NCBI GenBank assembly: GCA_964016885.1
Contig: OZ024741.1
Location: 23,684,001-23,748,000, forward strand
Direction: 5' to 3'
DNA: 64,000 nucleotides
Source: Eledone cirrhosa
Lineage: Eukaryota
Every line of letters starts with the position of its first letter. The stretch's first letter is position 1. The notes beneath the pieces were generated by a model, which had not been told where the DNA came from, did no database searches, and worked only from the letters and a program-made list of their open reading frames with translations. A program made the position numbers and the translations under genes. Below, one piece after another: positions 39,801 to 50,654 of this stretch.

Positions 39801-40587
39801 CACTGCTAGCTGCAAAAGGCTTCTCCCTCAGAATGAAAGGCAGACTGTATGATGCGTGTATCCGAACAGCGATGTTGCATGGTAGTGAGACCTGGGCGCT
39901 GAAGGTGGAAGACTTACGTAGATTAGAGAGAAACGAAGCCTGCATGCTCCGATGGATGTGTAACAGTAATATACGTGAACGACAAAGCATAAAGGAATTG
40001 AGAGAGAGACTGAGCATAAGAGGAATCAAATGCTGCGTGCAGGAGAGGCGGTTACGCTGGTATGGACATGTGATGCGTATGAAGGATGACAGCTGCATAA
40101 AAAGGTGCAGAGCACTAGAAGTTGATGGAAACCGCGGAGTGGGGAGACCCAAGATGACTTGGGATGAGGTGATAAAAGCCGACCTTACCCAACTACACCT
40201 CTCAAAGTCAATGACACACGACCGTGACTTCTGGCGTCACACAGTAATACAGGGTACCCGACCTCCCATGGGTACATGCTGAAGCATATAAACAATATGC
40301 CCCCCCCCCCCCACCGCAAGGTGGTCGTGGAGGTGCCACGGCAAAAAAGCACCCAGCCCACACTGTAAAGTGGACGTGTAGGCGCCACGAAAAAGCACCC
40401 AGCACTCACTGTAAATGAGGTTGGTGTTAGGAAGGGCATCCAGCTGTAGAAATCAAGCCAGATCAGTTCCTGTATGAGCAAGGCATGGTCAGCCGACCAG
40501 ACACTGCCCACAACAGGACAACCCGTCTAACCCATGCTAGCGTGGAAGAACGGACGTAAAACGGTGATGATGATGATGATGATGATT
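36900..40587 (+). mobile_element. Near full-length RTE-clade LINE (5' boundary approximate), antisense within CCDC61 coding intron 1
   Basis: Single long ORF plus a 3'UTR ending ggacgtaaaacggt(gat)n at ~40552-40587. Composition shifts from AT-rich flank to a C-rich leader near 36900. Confidence 0.93.
37163..40282 (+). CDS. RTE retrotransposon polyprotein, 1039 aa: APE endonuclease, reverse transcriptase and an inserted PHD-type Zn finger
   Basis: APE motifs: GTINV, CCVQETRW, SAYAPQ, AGDFNGHVG, LDFIL, SQHSLVV. RT motifs: QFGF, FVDLEKAFDRV, GVHQGSVLSP, LLYADDL, FCYLG. Cys4-His-Cys3 pattern: CSVC..CPKC..VHKRC..CSSC. No stop codons. Confidence 0.96.
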   Translation: MNLRATKHPREAPTQRPSPTSVDKCPKLRVGTINVGSMKGRAGEIVEMLERKEVDVCCVQETRWRGGSARVLVGKSQCYKFFWVGNDDGMGGVGILLADKWVDKVISVYRVNARIIKLRLVLNKTITTIISAYAPQSGLPDELKDRFYESLIHTTALTDDKDFLIIAGDFNGHVGKHCDGFNRVHGGHGVGTRNEEGFRLLEFCDANDMSICNTNFKKPDNHLITYRSGEHSSQLDFILIRGRDRWTVVNTKAFPSEECTSQHSLVVSDLTVRTRRALKQRPTWRRKIWKLKVPSTSNRFKDILLNAYDSKEEQIETFNVEENWEFLKNNLLEATDEVCGWSKTSSRRRVTWWWNNKVDEAVKAKRQAWKEWKNGGSRVHYIETKREARRQVYLARREAEDRKFKHVLQREDQKQEVFKIARQCVRDSCDVIGEKCIRNDKGELALTSAEKKDAWKSHYDRLLNEENAWEEETLPHVDPIEGPAVQVSGSVVSKAIRDMKIGKATGPSGIAAEMLKASGSVGHTITTRIVNKVILEGAIPKDWCSSIIVNCYKGKGDALDRGNYRGRKLMDQVMKVTERVIAQLIRDRVNIDEMQFGFVPGKGTTDALFLVRQLQEKYLAKSKPLYLAFVDLEKAFDRVPRAVIWWALRKLGVDEWLVKAVQAMYRGAVSKVRIGNEYSEEFSVQVGVHQGSVLSPLLFIIVLQAITEEFKTGCPWELLYADDLALIAESMVELENKFQTWKQGLERKGLKVNMTKTKVLISRRENRTQIPSGKWPCSVCRKGVGRNSILCPKCKQWVHKRCSGISGSLIKNVGFTCSSCAETASKQPQETSTTNLWEGPVETVDSFCYLGDRISNGGGCSESTITRVRTGWKKFRELLPLLAAKGFSLRMKGRLYDACIRTAMLHGSETWALKVEDLRRLERNEACMLRWMCNSNIRERQSIKELRERLSIRGIKCCVQERRLRWYGHVMRMKDDSCIKRCRALEVDGNRGVGRPKMTWDEVIKADLTQLHLSKSMTHDRDFWRHTVIQGTRPPMGTC

Positions 40588-40591
40588 ATAT

Positions 40592-40965
40592 AGAGTTTAA
40601 GATTGGCTACCTCATGGGAATTCCTATATGCCAATGGTCTAGTCTGCAACAGAATTTAAGAAATTCCAGACAAGGAAGCAACACTTAGAATCAAAAGGCC
40701 TCAAAATCAACTTGTAATTAGAAAAAAAAGGACCTTGATTCCATCAAGGAAATGGTCATGCACAGTATGTAAAAAAGAAACAGGTATAAATTCCATTTTA
40801 TATGCAAAATATAAGGAATCCTCATCATTGTTTAATGTCTATCTTCCACGCTAGCATGGGTGGGTATGTTAGCAAAGAATTTGCATGCAGCAGATATACA
40901 GGAATGGTAAGCAGCAAGGGGTCACATGAAACAAACTTAATCATGTTTAGATGATTCATTAGAGG
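40592..40965 (+). mobile_element. Older degenerate RTE RT fragment, left flank of the 34-bp array
   Basis: Decayed EFKTG.PWELLYA, LESKGLKINL, IPS.KW.C.VC and FACSR..G, ending at DDSLEV. An inverted RTE tail fragment lies at ~40823-40862. Confidence 0.8.
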
Positions 40966-43900
40966 TCCATGTTCTGGGTGTTTGTTACCAGGGTGGAGGT
41001 CCATGTTCTGGGTGTTTGTTACCAGGGTGGAGGTCCATGTTCTGGGTGTTTGTTACCAGGGTGGAGGTCCATGTTCTGGGTGTTTGTTACCTGGGTGGAG
41101 GTCCATGTTCTGGGTGTTTGTTACCAGGGTGGAGGTCCAGGTTCTGGGTGTTTGTTACCAGGGTGGAGGTCCATGTTCTGGGTGTTTGTTACCTGGGTGG
41201 AGGTCCATGTTCTGGGTGTTTGTTACCAGGGTGGAGGTCATGTTCTGGGTGTTTGTTACCTGGGTGGAGGTCCATGTTCTGGGTGTTTGTTACCAGGGTG
41301 GAGGTCCAGGTTCTGGGTGTTTGTTACCAGGGTGGAGGTCCATGTTCTGGGTGTTTGTTACCTGGGTGGAGGTCCATGTTCTGGGTGTTTGTTACCAGGG
41401 TGGAGGTCATGTTCTGGGTGTTTGTTACCTGGGTGGAGGTCCATGTTCTGGGTGTTTGTTACCAGGGTGGCGGTCCATGTTCTAGGTATTTGTTACCTGG
41501 GTGGAGGTCCAGGTTCTAGGTGTTTGTTACCTGGGTGGAGGTCCATGTTCTGGGTGTTTGTTATCTGGGTGGAGGTCCATGTTCTGGGTATTTGTTACCT
41601 GGGTGGAGGTCCAGGTTCTAGGTGTTTGTTACCAGGGTGGAGGTTCATGTTCTGGGTATTTGTTACCTGGGTGGAGGTCCATGTACTGGGTGTTTGTTAC
41701 CAGGGTGGAGGTCCATGTTCTGGGTGTTTGTTACCTGGGTGGAGGTCCAGGTTCTAGGTGTTTGTTACCTGGGTGGAGGTCCATGTTCTTGGTGTTTGTT
41801 ACCTGGGTGGAGGTCCATGTTCTGGGTGTTTGTTACCAGGGTGGAGGTCCATGTTCTAGGTGTTTGTTACCTGGGTGGAGGTCCATGTTCTGGGTGTTTG
41901 TTACCAGGGTGGAGGTCCATGTTCTAGGTGTTTGTTACCAGGGTGGAGGTCCATGTTCTGGGTGTTTGTTACCAGGGTGGAGGTCCATGTTCTAGGTGTT
42001 TGTTACCAGGGTGGAGGTCCATGTTCTGGGTGTTTGTTACCAGGGTGGAGGTCCATGTTCTAGGTGTTTGTTACCAGGGTGGAGGTCCATGTTCTGGGTG
42101 TTTGTTACCTGGGTGGAGGTCCATGTTCTGGGTGTTTGTTACCAGGGTGGAGGTCCATATTCTGGGTGTTTGTTACCAGGGTGGAGGTCCATGTTCTGGG
42201 TGTTTGTTACCTGGGTGGAGGTCCATGTTCTGGGTGTTTGTTACCAGGGTGGAGGTCCATGTTCTGGGTGTTTGTTACCAGGGTGGAGGTCCATGTTCTG
42301 GGTGTTTGTTACCAGGGTGGAGGTCCATGTTCTGGGTGTTTGTTACCAGGGTGGAGGTCCAGGTTCTGGGTGTTTGTTACCAGGGTGGAGGTCCAGGTTC
42401 TAGGTGTTTGTTACCTGGGTGGAGGTCCATGTTCTGGGTGTTTGTTACCTGGGTGGAGGTCCATGTTCTGGGTGTTTGTTACCTGGGTGGAGGTCCATGT
42501 TCTGGGTGTTTGTTACCAGGGTGGAGGTCCATGTTCTGGGTGTTTGTTACCAGGGTGGAGGTCCATGTTCTGGGTATTTGTTACCTGGGTGGAGGTCCAT
42601 GTTCTAGGTGTTTGTTACCAGGGTGGAGGTCCAGGTTCTGGGTATTTGTTACCAGGGTGGAGGTCCATGTTCTGGGTATTTGTTACCAGGGTGGAGGTCC
42701 AGGTTCTAGGTATTTGTTACCTGGGTGGAGGTCCATGTTCTGGGTATTTGTTACCTGGGTGGAGGTCCAGGTTCTAGGTGTTTGTTACCTGGGTGGAGGT
42801 CCATGTTCTGGGTGTTTGTTACCAGGGCGGAGGTCCATGTTCTGGGTATTTGTTACCTGGGTGGAGGTCCATGTTCTGGGTGTTTGTTACCTGGGTGGAG
42901 ATCCATGTTCTGGGTGTTTGTTACCTGGGTGGAGATCCATGTTCTGGGTGTTTGTTACCTGGGTGGAGGTCCATGTTCTGGGTGTTTGTTACCTGGGTGG
43001 AGGTCCATGTTCTGGGTGTTTGTTACCTGGGTGGAGGTCCATGTTCTGGGTGTTTGTTACCTGGGTGGAGGTCCATGTTCTGGGTGTTTGTTACCAGGGT
43101 GGAGGTCCATGTTCTGGGTGTTTGTTACCAGGGTGGAGGTCCATGTTCTGGGTGTTTGTTACCTGGGTGGAGGTCCATGTTCTGGGTGTTTGTTACCAGG
43201 GTGGAGGTCCATGTTCTGAGTGTTTGTTACCTGGGTGGAGATCCATGTTCTGGGTGTTTGTTACCTGGGTGGAGATCCATGTTCTGGGTGTTTGTTACCT
43301 GGGTGGAGGTCCATGTTCTGGGTGTTTGTTACCAGGGTGGAGGTCCATGTTCTGGGTGTTTGTTACCAGGGTGGAGGTCCATGTTCTGGGTGTTTGTTAC
43401 CAGGGTGGAGGTCCATGTTCTGGGTATTTGTTACCTGGGTGGAGGTCCATGTTCTGGGTGTTTGTTACCAGGGTGGAGGTCCATGTTCTGGGTGTTTGTT
43501 ACCAGGGTGGAGGTCCATGTTCTGGGTGTTTGTTACCAGGGTGGAGGTCCATGTTCTGGGTGTTTGTTACCAGAATGGAGGTCCAGGTTCTAGGTGTTTG
43601 TTACCAGGGTGGAGGTCCATGTTCTGGGTGTTTGTTACCAGGGTGGAGGTCCATGTTCTGGGTGTTTGTTACCAGGGTGGAGGTCCAGGTTCTAGGTGTT
43701 TGTTACCTGGGTGGAGGTCCATGTTCTGGGTGTTTGTTACCTGGGTGGAGGTCCATGTTCTAGGTGTTTGTTACCAGGGTGGAGGTCCATGTTCTGGGTG
43801 TTTGTTACCAGGGTGGAGGTCCATGTTCTAGGTGTTTGTTACCAGGGTGGAGATCCATGTTCTGGGTGTTTGTTACCTGGGTGGAGGTCCATGTTCTGGG

Positions 43901-45502
43901 TGTTTGTTACCAGGGTGGAGGTCCATGTTCTGGGTGTTTGTTACCAGGGTGGAGGTCCATGTTCTGGGTGTTTGTTACCAGGGTGGAGGTCCAGGTTCTG
44001 GGTGTTTGTTACCTGGGTGGAGGTCCATGTTCTGGGTGTTTGTTACCTGGGTGGAGGTCCATGTTCTGGGTGTTTGTTACCAGGGTGGAGGTCCATGTTC
44101 TGGGTGTTTGTTACCTGGGTGGAGGTCCATGTTCTGGGTGTTTGTTACCAGGGTGGAGGTCCATGTTCTGGGTGTTTGTTACCAGGGTGGAGGTCCATGT
44201 TCTGGGTATTTGTTACCTGGGTGGAGGTCCATGTTCTAGGTGTTTGTTACCTGGGAGGAGGTCCATGTTCTAGGTGTTTGTTACCAGGGTGGAGGTCCAT
44301 GTTCTGGGTGTTTGTTACCAGGGTGGAGGTCCATGTTCTGGGTATTTGTTACCAGGGTGGAGGTCCATGTTCTGGGTATTTGTTACCTGGGTGGAGGTCC
44401 AGGTTCTAGGTGTTTGTTACCTGGGTGGAGGTCCATGTTCTGGGTGTTTGTTACCAGGGCGGAGGTCCATGTTCTGGGTATTTGTTACCTGGGTGGAGGT
44501 CCAGGTTCTAGGTGTTTGTTACCTGGGTGGAGGTCCATGTTCTGGGTGTTTGTTACCAGGGCGGAGGTCCATGTTCTGGGTATTTGTTACCTGGGTGGAG
44601 GTCCAGGTTCTAGGTGTTTGTTACCTGGGTGGAGGTCCATGTTCTGGGTATTTGTTACCTGGGTGGAGGTCCATGTTCTGGGTGTTTGTTACCTGGGTGG
44701 AGATCCATGTTCTGGGTGTTTGTTACCTGGGTGGAGGTCCATGTTCTGGGTATTTGTTACCTGGGTGGAGATCCATGTTCTGGGTGTTTGTTACCTGGGT
44801 GGAGGTCCATGTTCTGGGTGTTTGTTACCTGGGTGGAGATCCATGTTCTGGGTGTTTGTTACCAGGGTGGAGGTCCATGTTCTGGGTGTTTGTTACCTGG
44901 GTGGAGGTCCATGTTCTGGGTGTTTGTTACCAGGGTGGAGGTCCATGTTCTGGGTGTTTGTTACCTGGGTGGAGGTCCATGTTCTGGGTGTTTGTTACCT
45001 GGGTGGAGGTCCATGTTCTCGGTGTTTGTTACCTGGGTGGAGGTCCATGTTCTAGGTGTTTGTTACTTGGGTGGAGGTCCATGTTCTAGGTGTTTGTTAC
45101 CAGGGTGGAGGTCCAGGTTCTGGGTGTTTGTTACCTGGGTGGAGGTCCATGTTCTGGGTGTTTGTTACCTGGGTGGAGGTCCATGTTCTGGGTGTTTGTT
45201 ACCTGGGTGGAGGTCCATGTTCTGGGTGTTTGTTACCAGGGTGGAGGTCCATGTTCTGGGTATTTGTTACCTGGGTGGAGGTCCATGTTCTGGCATTTGT
45301 TACTTGGGTGAAGGTCCATGTTCTGTGTATTTGTTACCAGGGTGGAGGTCCATGTTCTGGGCATTTGTTACTTGGGTGAAGGTCCATGTTCTGGGTATTT
45401 GTTACCTGGGTGGAGGTCCATGTTCTAGGTGTTTGTTACCTGGGTGGAGGTCCATGTTCTAGGTGTTTGTTACCAGGGTGGAGGTCCATGTTCTGGGTGT
45501 TT
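40962..45502. repeat. 34-bp minisatellite, about 133 copies
   Basis: Monomer gaggtcca(t/g)gttct(g/a)ggt(g/a)tttgttacc(a/t)gggtg repeated in tandem, more diverged at the right end. Confidence 0.99.
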
Positions 45503-45805
45503 CCAAGGTCCTGTCCTACATTGCTTCATATAGCTGTCATCCTCCATCCATGTCTATACCATCTGTTTCCTCTCCAGCACACTGCATCTGATCCCTCTTA
45601 TGCTCATTATTGCTTGACGTTCACGTACACTACAATTACCCATCCACAGGAGCATGTTCACTTCATTTCTTTCTAATCTTTATTAATCTTCTGTGCACAA
45701 GACCCAGATACCACATCAACATTGTTGTTCACATACAAGCAAGCATCATATAGTTGGCTTTTCATTCTTAGGGAGAAGCCCTTTGTAACCAGGGTAGTAG
45801 CTCCA
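45503..45805 (-). mobile_element. Degenerate RTE C-terminal fragment, inverted, right flank of the 34-bp array
   Basis: The minus strand reads ELLP..TKGFSLRMK..LYDAC, LERNE..ML.WM, IRGIRCSVLER and EDDSYMKQCR. Confidence 0.8.
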
Positions 45806-45970
45806 GCAGCTTGGCAAAAAAAAAGATTAATAAAATAAGAACCAGACTCAAAAAATAACTAATTGGGTTAATATGATTGACAAAAAAATCCCTTTACAAC
45901 CGTGCCCCAGCATGGCCAACATTTAATGTCTAACAGCAGTAAAATAGAAAAAGAGATGTAGAAAACTTAC

Positions 45971-46130
45971 ATTCAGCATCAAATGTTCCACACCATACGT
46001 CCAAAGTTCCATTATCAAGTACCTCAATGGTGAAGTTATGACTGATTTCTTCACCATACATCATTAAAATAACATATTCAATGCCTCGCAAATGTAAATG
46101 AGAGCTGATACTTTGTTCGTTAGACATCAT
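45971..46130 (-). CDS. CCDC61: CCDC61 first coding exon: MMSNEQSISSHLHLRGIEYVILMMYGEEISHNFTIEVLDNGTLDVWCGTFDAE plus 1 nt
   Basis: ATG at 46130, donor gtaagt at 45970-45965, 160 nt, phase 1 matching exon 2. Aligns with the CCDC61 N-terminus (FRGVEH..LEVED..TADQWRGEFDA). A possible upstream acceptor ttttatgcttgaag ends at 46176. Confidence 0.9.
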
Positions 46131-46757
46131 TTTGGGGGGAGTAATTAACTGATTAATTTCCAGTCAGAGTTCAACCTTCAAGCATAAAATAAAACAGTAA
46201 TTATTAAATGATTATACATTTTCAATTTATTTGTTATCATCATCATCGTCATCATTTAATGTCTTCTTTCTGTAGTTGGATGGGTTGTCAGAGAGACCTC
46301 GCTGTGCTCCATATTTTGTCAACCACTTTCAGAGTGTACTAGGTGCCTTTTATTACAGAAGTAACCATGTGCTTGGTAAGACAGAAAAGTCCTCTTTATA
46401 CTGTCTCTGTTTAATCAACAGCGACTTTACAGAGTACACTGGGTGTATTTTATAGTGATACCAACACTAGAAAGGTTATATATTTCTAGATATATTTTCC
46501 CCTTCCCATGTCTTAACACTCCACTCTTTATCCATGTCCTTACACCACTACCCTAGACCTACCTTTCTAATCCCCATACTACTGGGGTGGGATGGTTGGG
46601 TCATGTGTTGAGGAAGGATGAAAGTAAGTGGGTGAGAAGAGTGATGGGAATAGAATCAGTGATGAATGTTGTGAAAAGAAATGGGGTGGGATGGTTGGGT
46701 CAGCTCTGCATATTTTGATGGAACTCAAAATGTACAGAGCTGAAACAGATACAGCAA

Positions 46758-47172
46758 GGCATCCTGTCAAACTCCCTAACAATTCTACCACCCCACCCCA
46801 CCACCCTACCATCTTCCCCCACCCCAGAACCATATCACTGAACATTCTGTCAGAGTCCCTAATAATTCCCTCACCCCAGTACCCTACTACTTAACATCCA
46901 GTCAGACTCCTTAATAATTCCACCACCCCACCATCACCCCAGAACCCTACCACAAAACATCCAGTCAGACTCCCTAACAATTCTACCCCCCACCCCACTA
47001 CCACCCTAGAACCCTACCATTAAACATCCTGTCAAACTCCCTAATAATTCTACCCCCACCCGACCCCAGAACCCTACCTCAAAACACCCAGTGAAACTCC
47101 CTAACAATTCCCCCACCCCACCACCACTAAACATCCTGTCAAACACCCCAATTCTATCCCACTCCATCCCCA
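46758..47172. repeat. Degenerate C-rich ~60-70-bp tandem repeat (~6 units)
   Basis: Recurring acatcc(a/t)gtca(a/g)actccctaa(c/t)aattc...ccccaccc...agaaccctacc. The minus strand is rich in G-runs. Confidence 0.8.
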
Positions 47173-47191
47173 CTGTCTATACATGTATGTC

Positions 47192-47391
47192 TTAACCCTT
47201 TCATGACTGCATTTTTAATCAATTAATAAAGGATTTACTAAAATTATTAATTATTTCATTACTAAGATAGTAACTTAATGTAAGGTTCTTATATAAAATT
47301 ATATTGAAAGATTTTCATTTAAATTGGAAACCTTTAAAATGGGTGGTTTTATTTCATAGAACCAGAGCTGGTTTTGTAACTAAAGAGTTAA
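47192..47391. mobile_element. piggyBac-like MITE
   Basis: TTAA-cccttt ... aaagag-TTAA; near-identical in reverse complement to 31626-31841. Confidence 0.8.
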
Positions 47392-47598
47392 GTTAGTTTT
47401 TGTCTGTTAGATGAAATTTCTTATACAAGCCACATTACAGGACAATAGATTAGTTATTTCTGCCAGTAATGTTTTAAAAGGATACTTTGTTTTGTCTCTG
47501 CACACCAAAAAATATTAGATTTAATGGTTTTTTTTTACATTTGAACTAGTTTTATCAACACAGATATTTGTAGCCATTGTATTCCTAAGAAATATGTA

Positions 47599-47886
47599 TT
47601 TAGAAAGAGTCATTGTTACAAATGAACAGCTACAAATGTATATTATCATTGTTTTAGAAATGGCAGGGAGAAAACAACTTATGCATAGCAAAATATTTAA
47701 TGTGACCAAATGAAAACTCCATTCTCATTTTCATTTATATTTAGAAGCAGTCATTGTTACAAATGAACAGTTACAAATGTATATCATCATTGTTTTAAAA
47801 ACAGCAGGGAGGAAACAACTTTAATTGTGTGTAGTAAAATATTCAGTGTGACCAAATAAAAACTCCATTCTCATTTTTTTCTATAT
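47599..47886. repeat. ~142-bp tandem duplication (2 copies) abutting the CRE fragment
   Basis: ttagaa..agtcattgttacaaatgaacag..tacaaatgtata...aaaactccattctcatttt occurs at ~47600 and ~47741. Confidence 0.85.
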
Positions 47887-49680
47887 AGGTACCACAGCGA
47901 CATCGCAGACCCCAACAGACAACAGCTCCCACTTGGAGTGCAATGGAGATGCAGAGCTCGTCCTGACTGAGAAGACCACTAATGTTGGCCACAGGCAGAG
48001 CATCAACCCAGTCCCTCGAGAACTTTGTGCTTGCAGAAAGTAAGCGACACCTAGAAAATTTATCAGAATGATCAAAGAGAGAGTTAAAAATTTCATTGAA
48101 TGCAGATTGTCTCATACTCTCTACTTCCGTCAATCATCGTCAGTATTGGGAACTAACAAACCCTGCTCTCTCTACTGTAGTAAAGCTTCATTCATCTCCC
48201 TGGTGGAATAAGTCCATGTTGGAAAAGAGAGGATGATACCCACCAAAGAGGAGCAAGCAGGATGGAGGAAAGAAATCAAGGTAGGGACAAAGACGAGCAT
48301 TTGCACAGACCATGACCTCCAAACTATTTGGCAAGGCAGCCTATTTGCGAGACTCTAGAAAGAGTTAGACATTGACCAGACGCTCGAGCTTACTGAATAT
48401 TAGGTCGTCAAAGAATTGGAGAGATGACGAGAAATTGTAAGAGAGACTAACTCTGAGGAAATACAACTTAGGGATTGACAAATAATTTCCTAAGTATAAA
48501 AAAACCCTTGGTGAAAATCAATGGCTTGAGAATCAAGGTTAGCCAACTTAGATCGGAAGATGGACTTAGTAATTGGGGCTCCAAGGGAGCACCACACTGA
48601 TGAGGGAGGAACCGCGATAGAGGGGAAGGACTCTGTTAACAGGTCAACAGTCTGCTGATGTGAAGCTGGGTGGTTGAGGAGCCAGAGCTTGCATATGGAA
48701 ATGTTGACTTGAAGGCCCCTATCACCCAGTTCCTCAATCATCGTCTTCGCGGTTGCAAGGACCTTGTCTGGAGGACCCCCTAAACAAGCATTATCCAGAA
48801 ACCAGACATTCAAATCCAGGTCAACTGCTATCTTAGTGACATCATCAATGCCCAGTGTGAAAAAAAGTGCAGGTCTGAAGAGGTCATCCTGTTGGACCCC
48901 TCTGGCAGATAGGGGGAAAAGCCACCGAAGCCAATAGACTTGCCAAACAAAGTGGTAAAGCTGAGGGGCCCTCTCCTTTACTGAATGAAGGGTGATATCC
49001 CGACTGATGGAATTGAAAGCATCCCTGGGATCTAGTTTGAAGATAACCTTGGGGGTTTTAGATAGCAAGTTGGTAAAGGCTCTGGTGGTGTGAGTGGCAG
49101 CCTCACAGCCCAGCTTGGTACCTACCCCTAGCTGAATAGGAGAAAATGCAGCAGACAGGCTGTCTAAAATCAAAGACAGACATACTTTCACAGTGAGCCA
49201 TCATAGTGTGCACCCAACTACTATAGGGTAGAGGTCACCATTGGGCTTTGTGAGGCCAAACAGTTTAGCCCCAAAGAATATAAGAGAGGACATTCTCGGA
49301 CGAGAACAGGTTGATTAAATGGGTGGGGTTCTCCGAGAGCTCTTGACTGGCGCCTCTAGCCAACAAGGAGACACAGTCAAAGACCATTAATCCCTGCTTC
49401 ACAACCCTCAAGAAAGGATATTATCGCCTACCTGATGATAGCTGAGTTGAAGACGGGTTGTAAATAACCTGGTAGATCGGGCTAGTGTAGGTGGTCATCC
49501 GGAGGAGCCAGGGGATGTTTCACTCTCAGTCGAGTGAATCAGTAGTGCACTGGACAAGGATAATAGAGAGGAGAGGAGATGAACGGCCCTTTAACGTCAA
49601 ATTCATTGATTGAAACTGAGTTGATCACTGACCTGAGATGAGCAGTAGTTGAGGTTGAATCAAACAACACGAACTGTCGT
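47881..49680 (-). mobile_element. Degenerate CRE-clade (restriction-like endonuclease type) non-LTR retrotransposon, RT to start of Zn knuckle
   Basis: PIQLGVGTKLGCEAA, KLD..DAFNSISR, GVQQDD, WFLDN, GLQVN; downstream DWVDALP..GLLS..LCISIALQVG..CWGLRCRCG. These motifs are typical of the CRE clade. Confidence 0.82.
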
Positions 49681-50654
49681 TTTAGGGAAGATATATATAA
49701 GAGAATTATAATATCACGAGGTATTTGTATGGCCTAGCATACTTACACACACAAACAATTAATTATTGCTAGGAACCTTATAAATATAACCTACAAAAGT
49801 ACTTCTATTTAATCTTATAAACAAAAATACACGCAACATAAAATTATTTTCTTTGTAATTAATGATGGATTATTAGAGTGTATTATGTTGTTATGTAGTA
49901 TTATTAGGTTAATCTTATGTAGTGCAAATAAAAGATTTATTCGGCCGTAGTTTTCTTTGCTTGTTATTGATCTTGTTGACTTTCTGGTTAATACTTTGTT
50001 ATTATCATATAACAAATATATAAGATTAAATAGAAATACATACATATAATCAATTAATTAATGATAGGAACATTAAAATATATTTTCACATATTTACACT
50101 ACATAAAAATAGTGACCCTAAAATAGGAATTTGCTTGATAAATCTGCTGATTTCCTTTTGAGTCCCTTTGATTTGATTTTCTCATATTAACACGACAGAT
50201 TAATTGATCGACTATCGTTTCGCTAATTTATTATTCACAGTTATATAAATAACATTATAAATTGTTTATGATTCTTACAGAATGAAAATATAAACATATA
50301 ATAAATACAATTGTTGCTAGGAACTTCACAAATATAATGCACAAAAATATATGATCAAAGCAAGAGATTAATATAAGGAATAACAGATAGAATTAACTAT
50401 TGCTGGGAACCTATAAGATAAAAACGAAACTAAGTCCTAGACCAGAGGTAATTATGAATATAATGAACATATATATTTATGTATATATAAATATATATAT
50501 ACATACATTTTCTGTTATATACATTTGAGTTAGTGTATATAACCACCAGAAGTCGGGATTTATAAAGTAAGGAATGTTAGTTGATTGTGATGTTGGTGAC
50601 ACCTGAAGAACATGACAGCTATGAATTAAACTATTTCAAATATATATCTCTAGA

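Noticed and set aside
28284-40511. Minus-strand ORFs overlapping the RTE copies
   Set aside because: Antisense shadows of the RT ORF with no independent motifs.
40969-45676. Long ORFs (up to 611 aa) of MFWVFVTRVEVHVLGVCYQGGGPCSGCLLPGWRS repeats
   Set aside because: Artefact of a stop-free 34-bp unit that gives the same peptide in all three frames. TAG-creating variants are scattered freely, which indicates no coding constraint.
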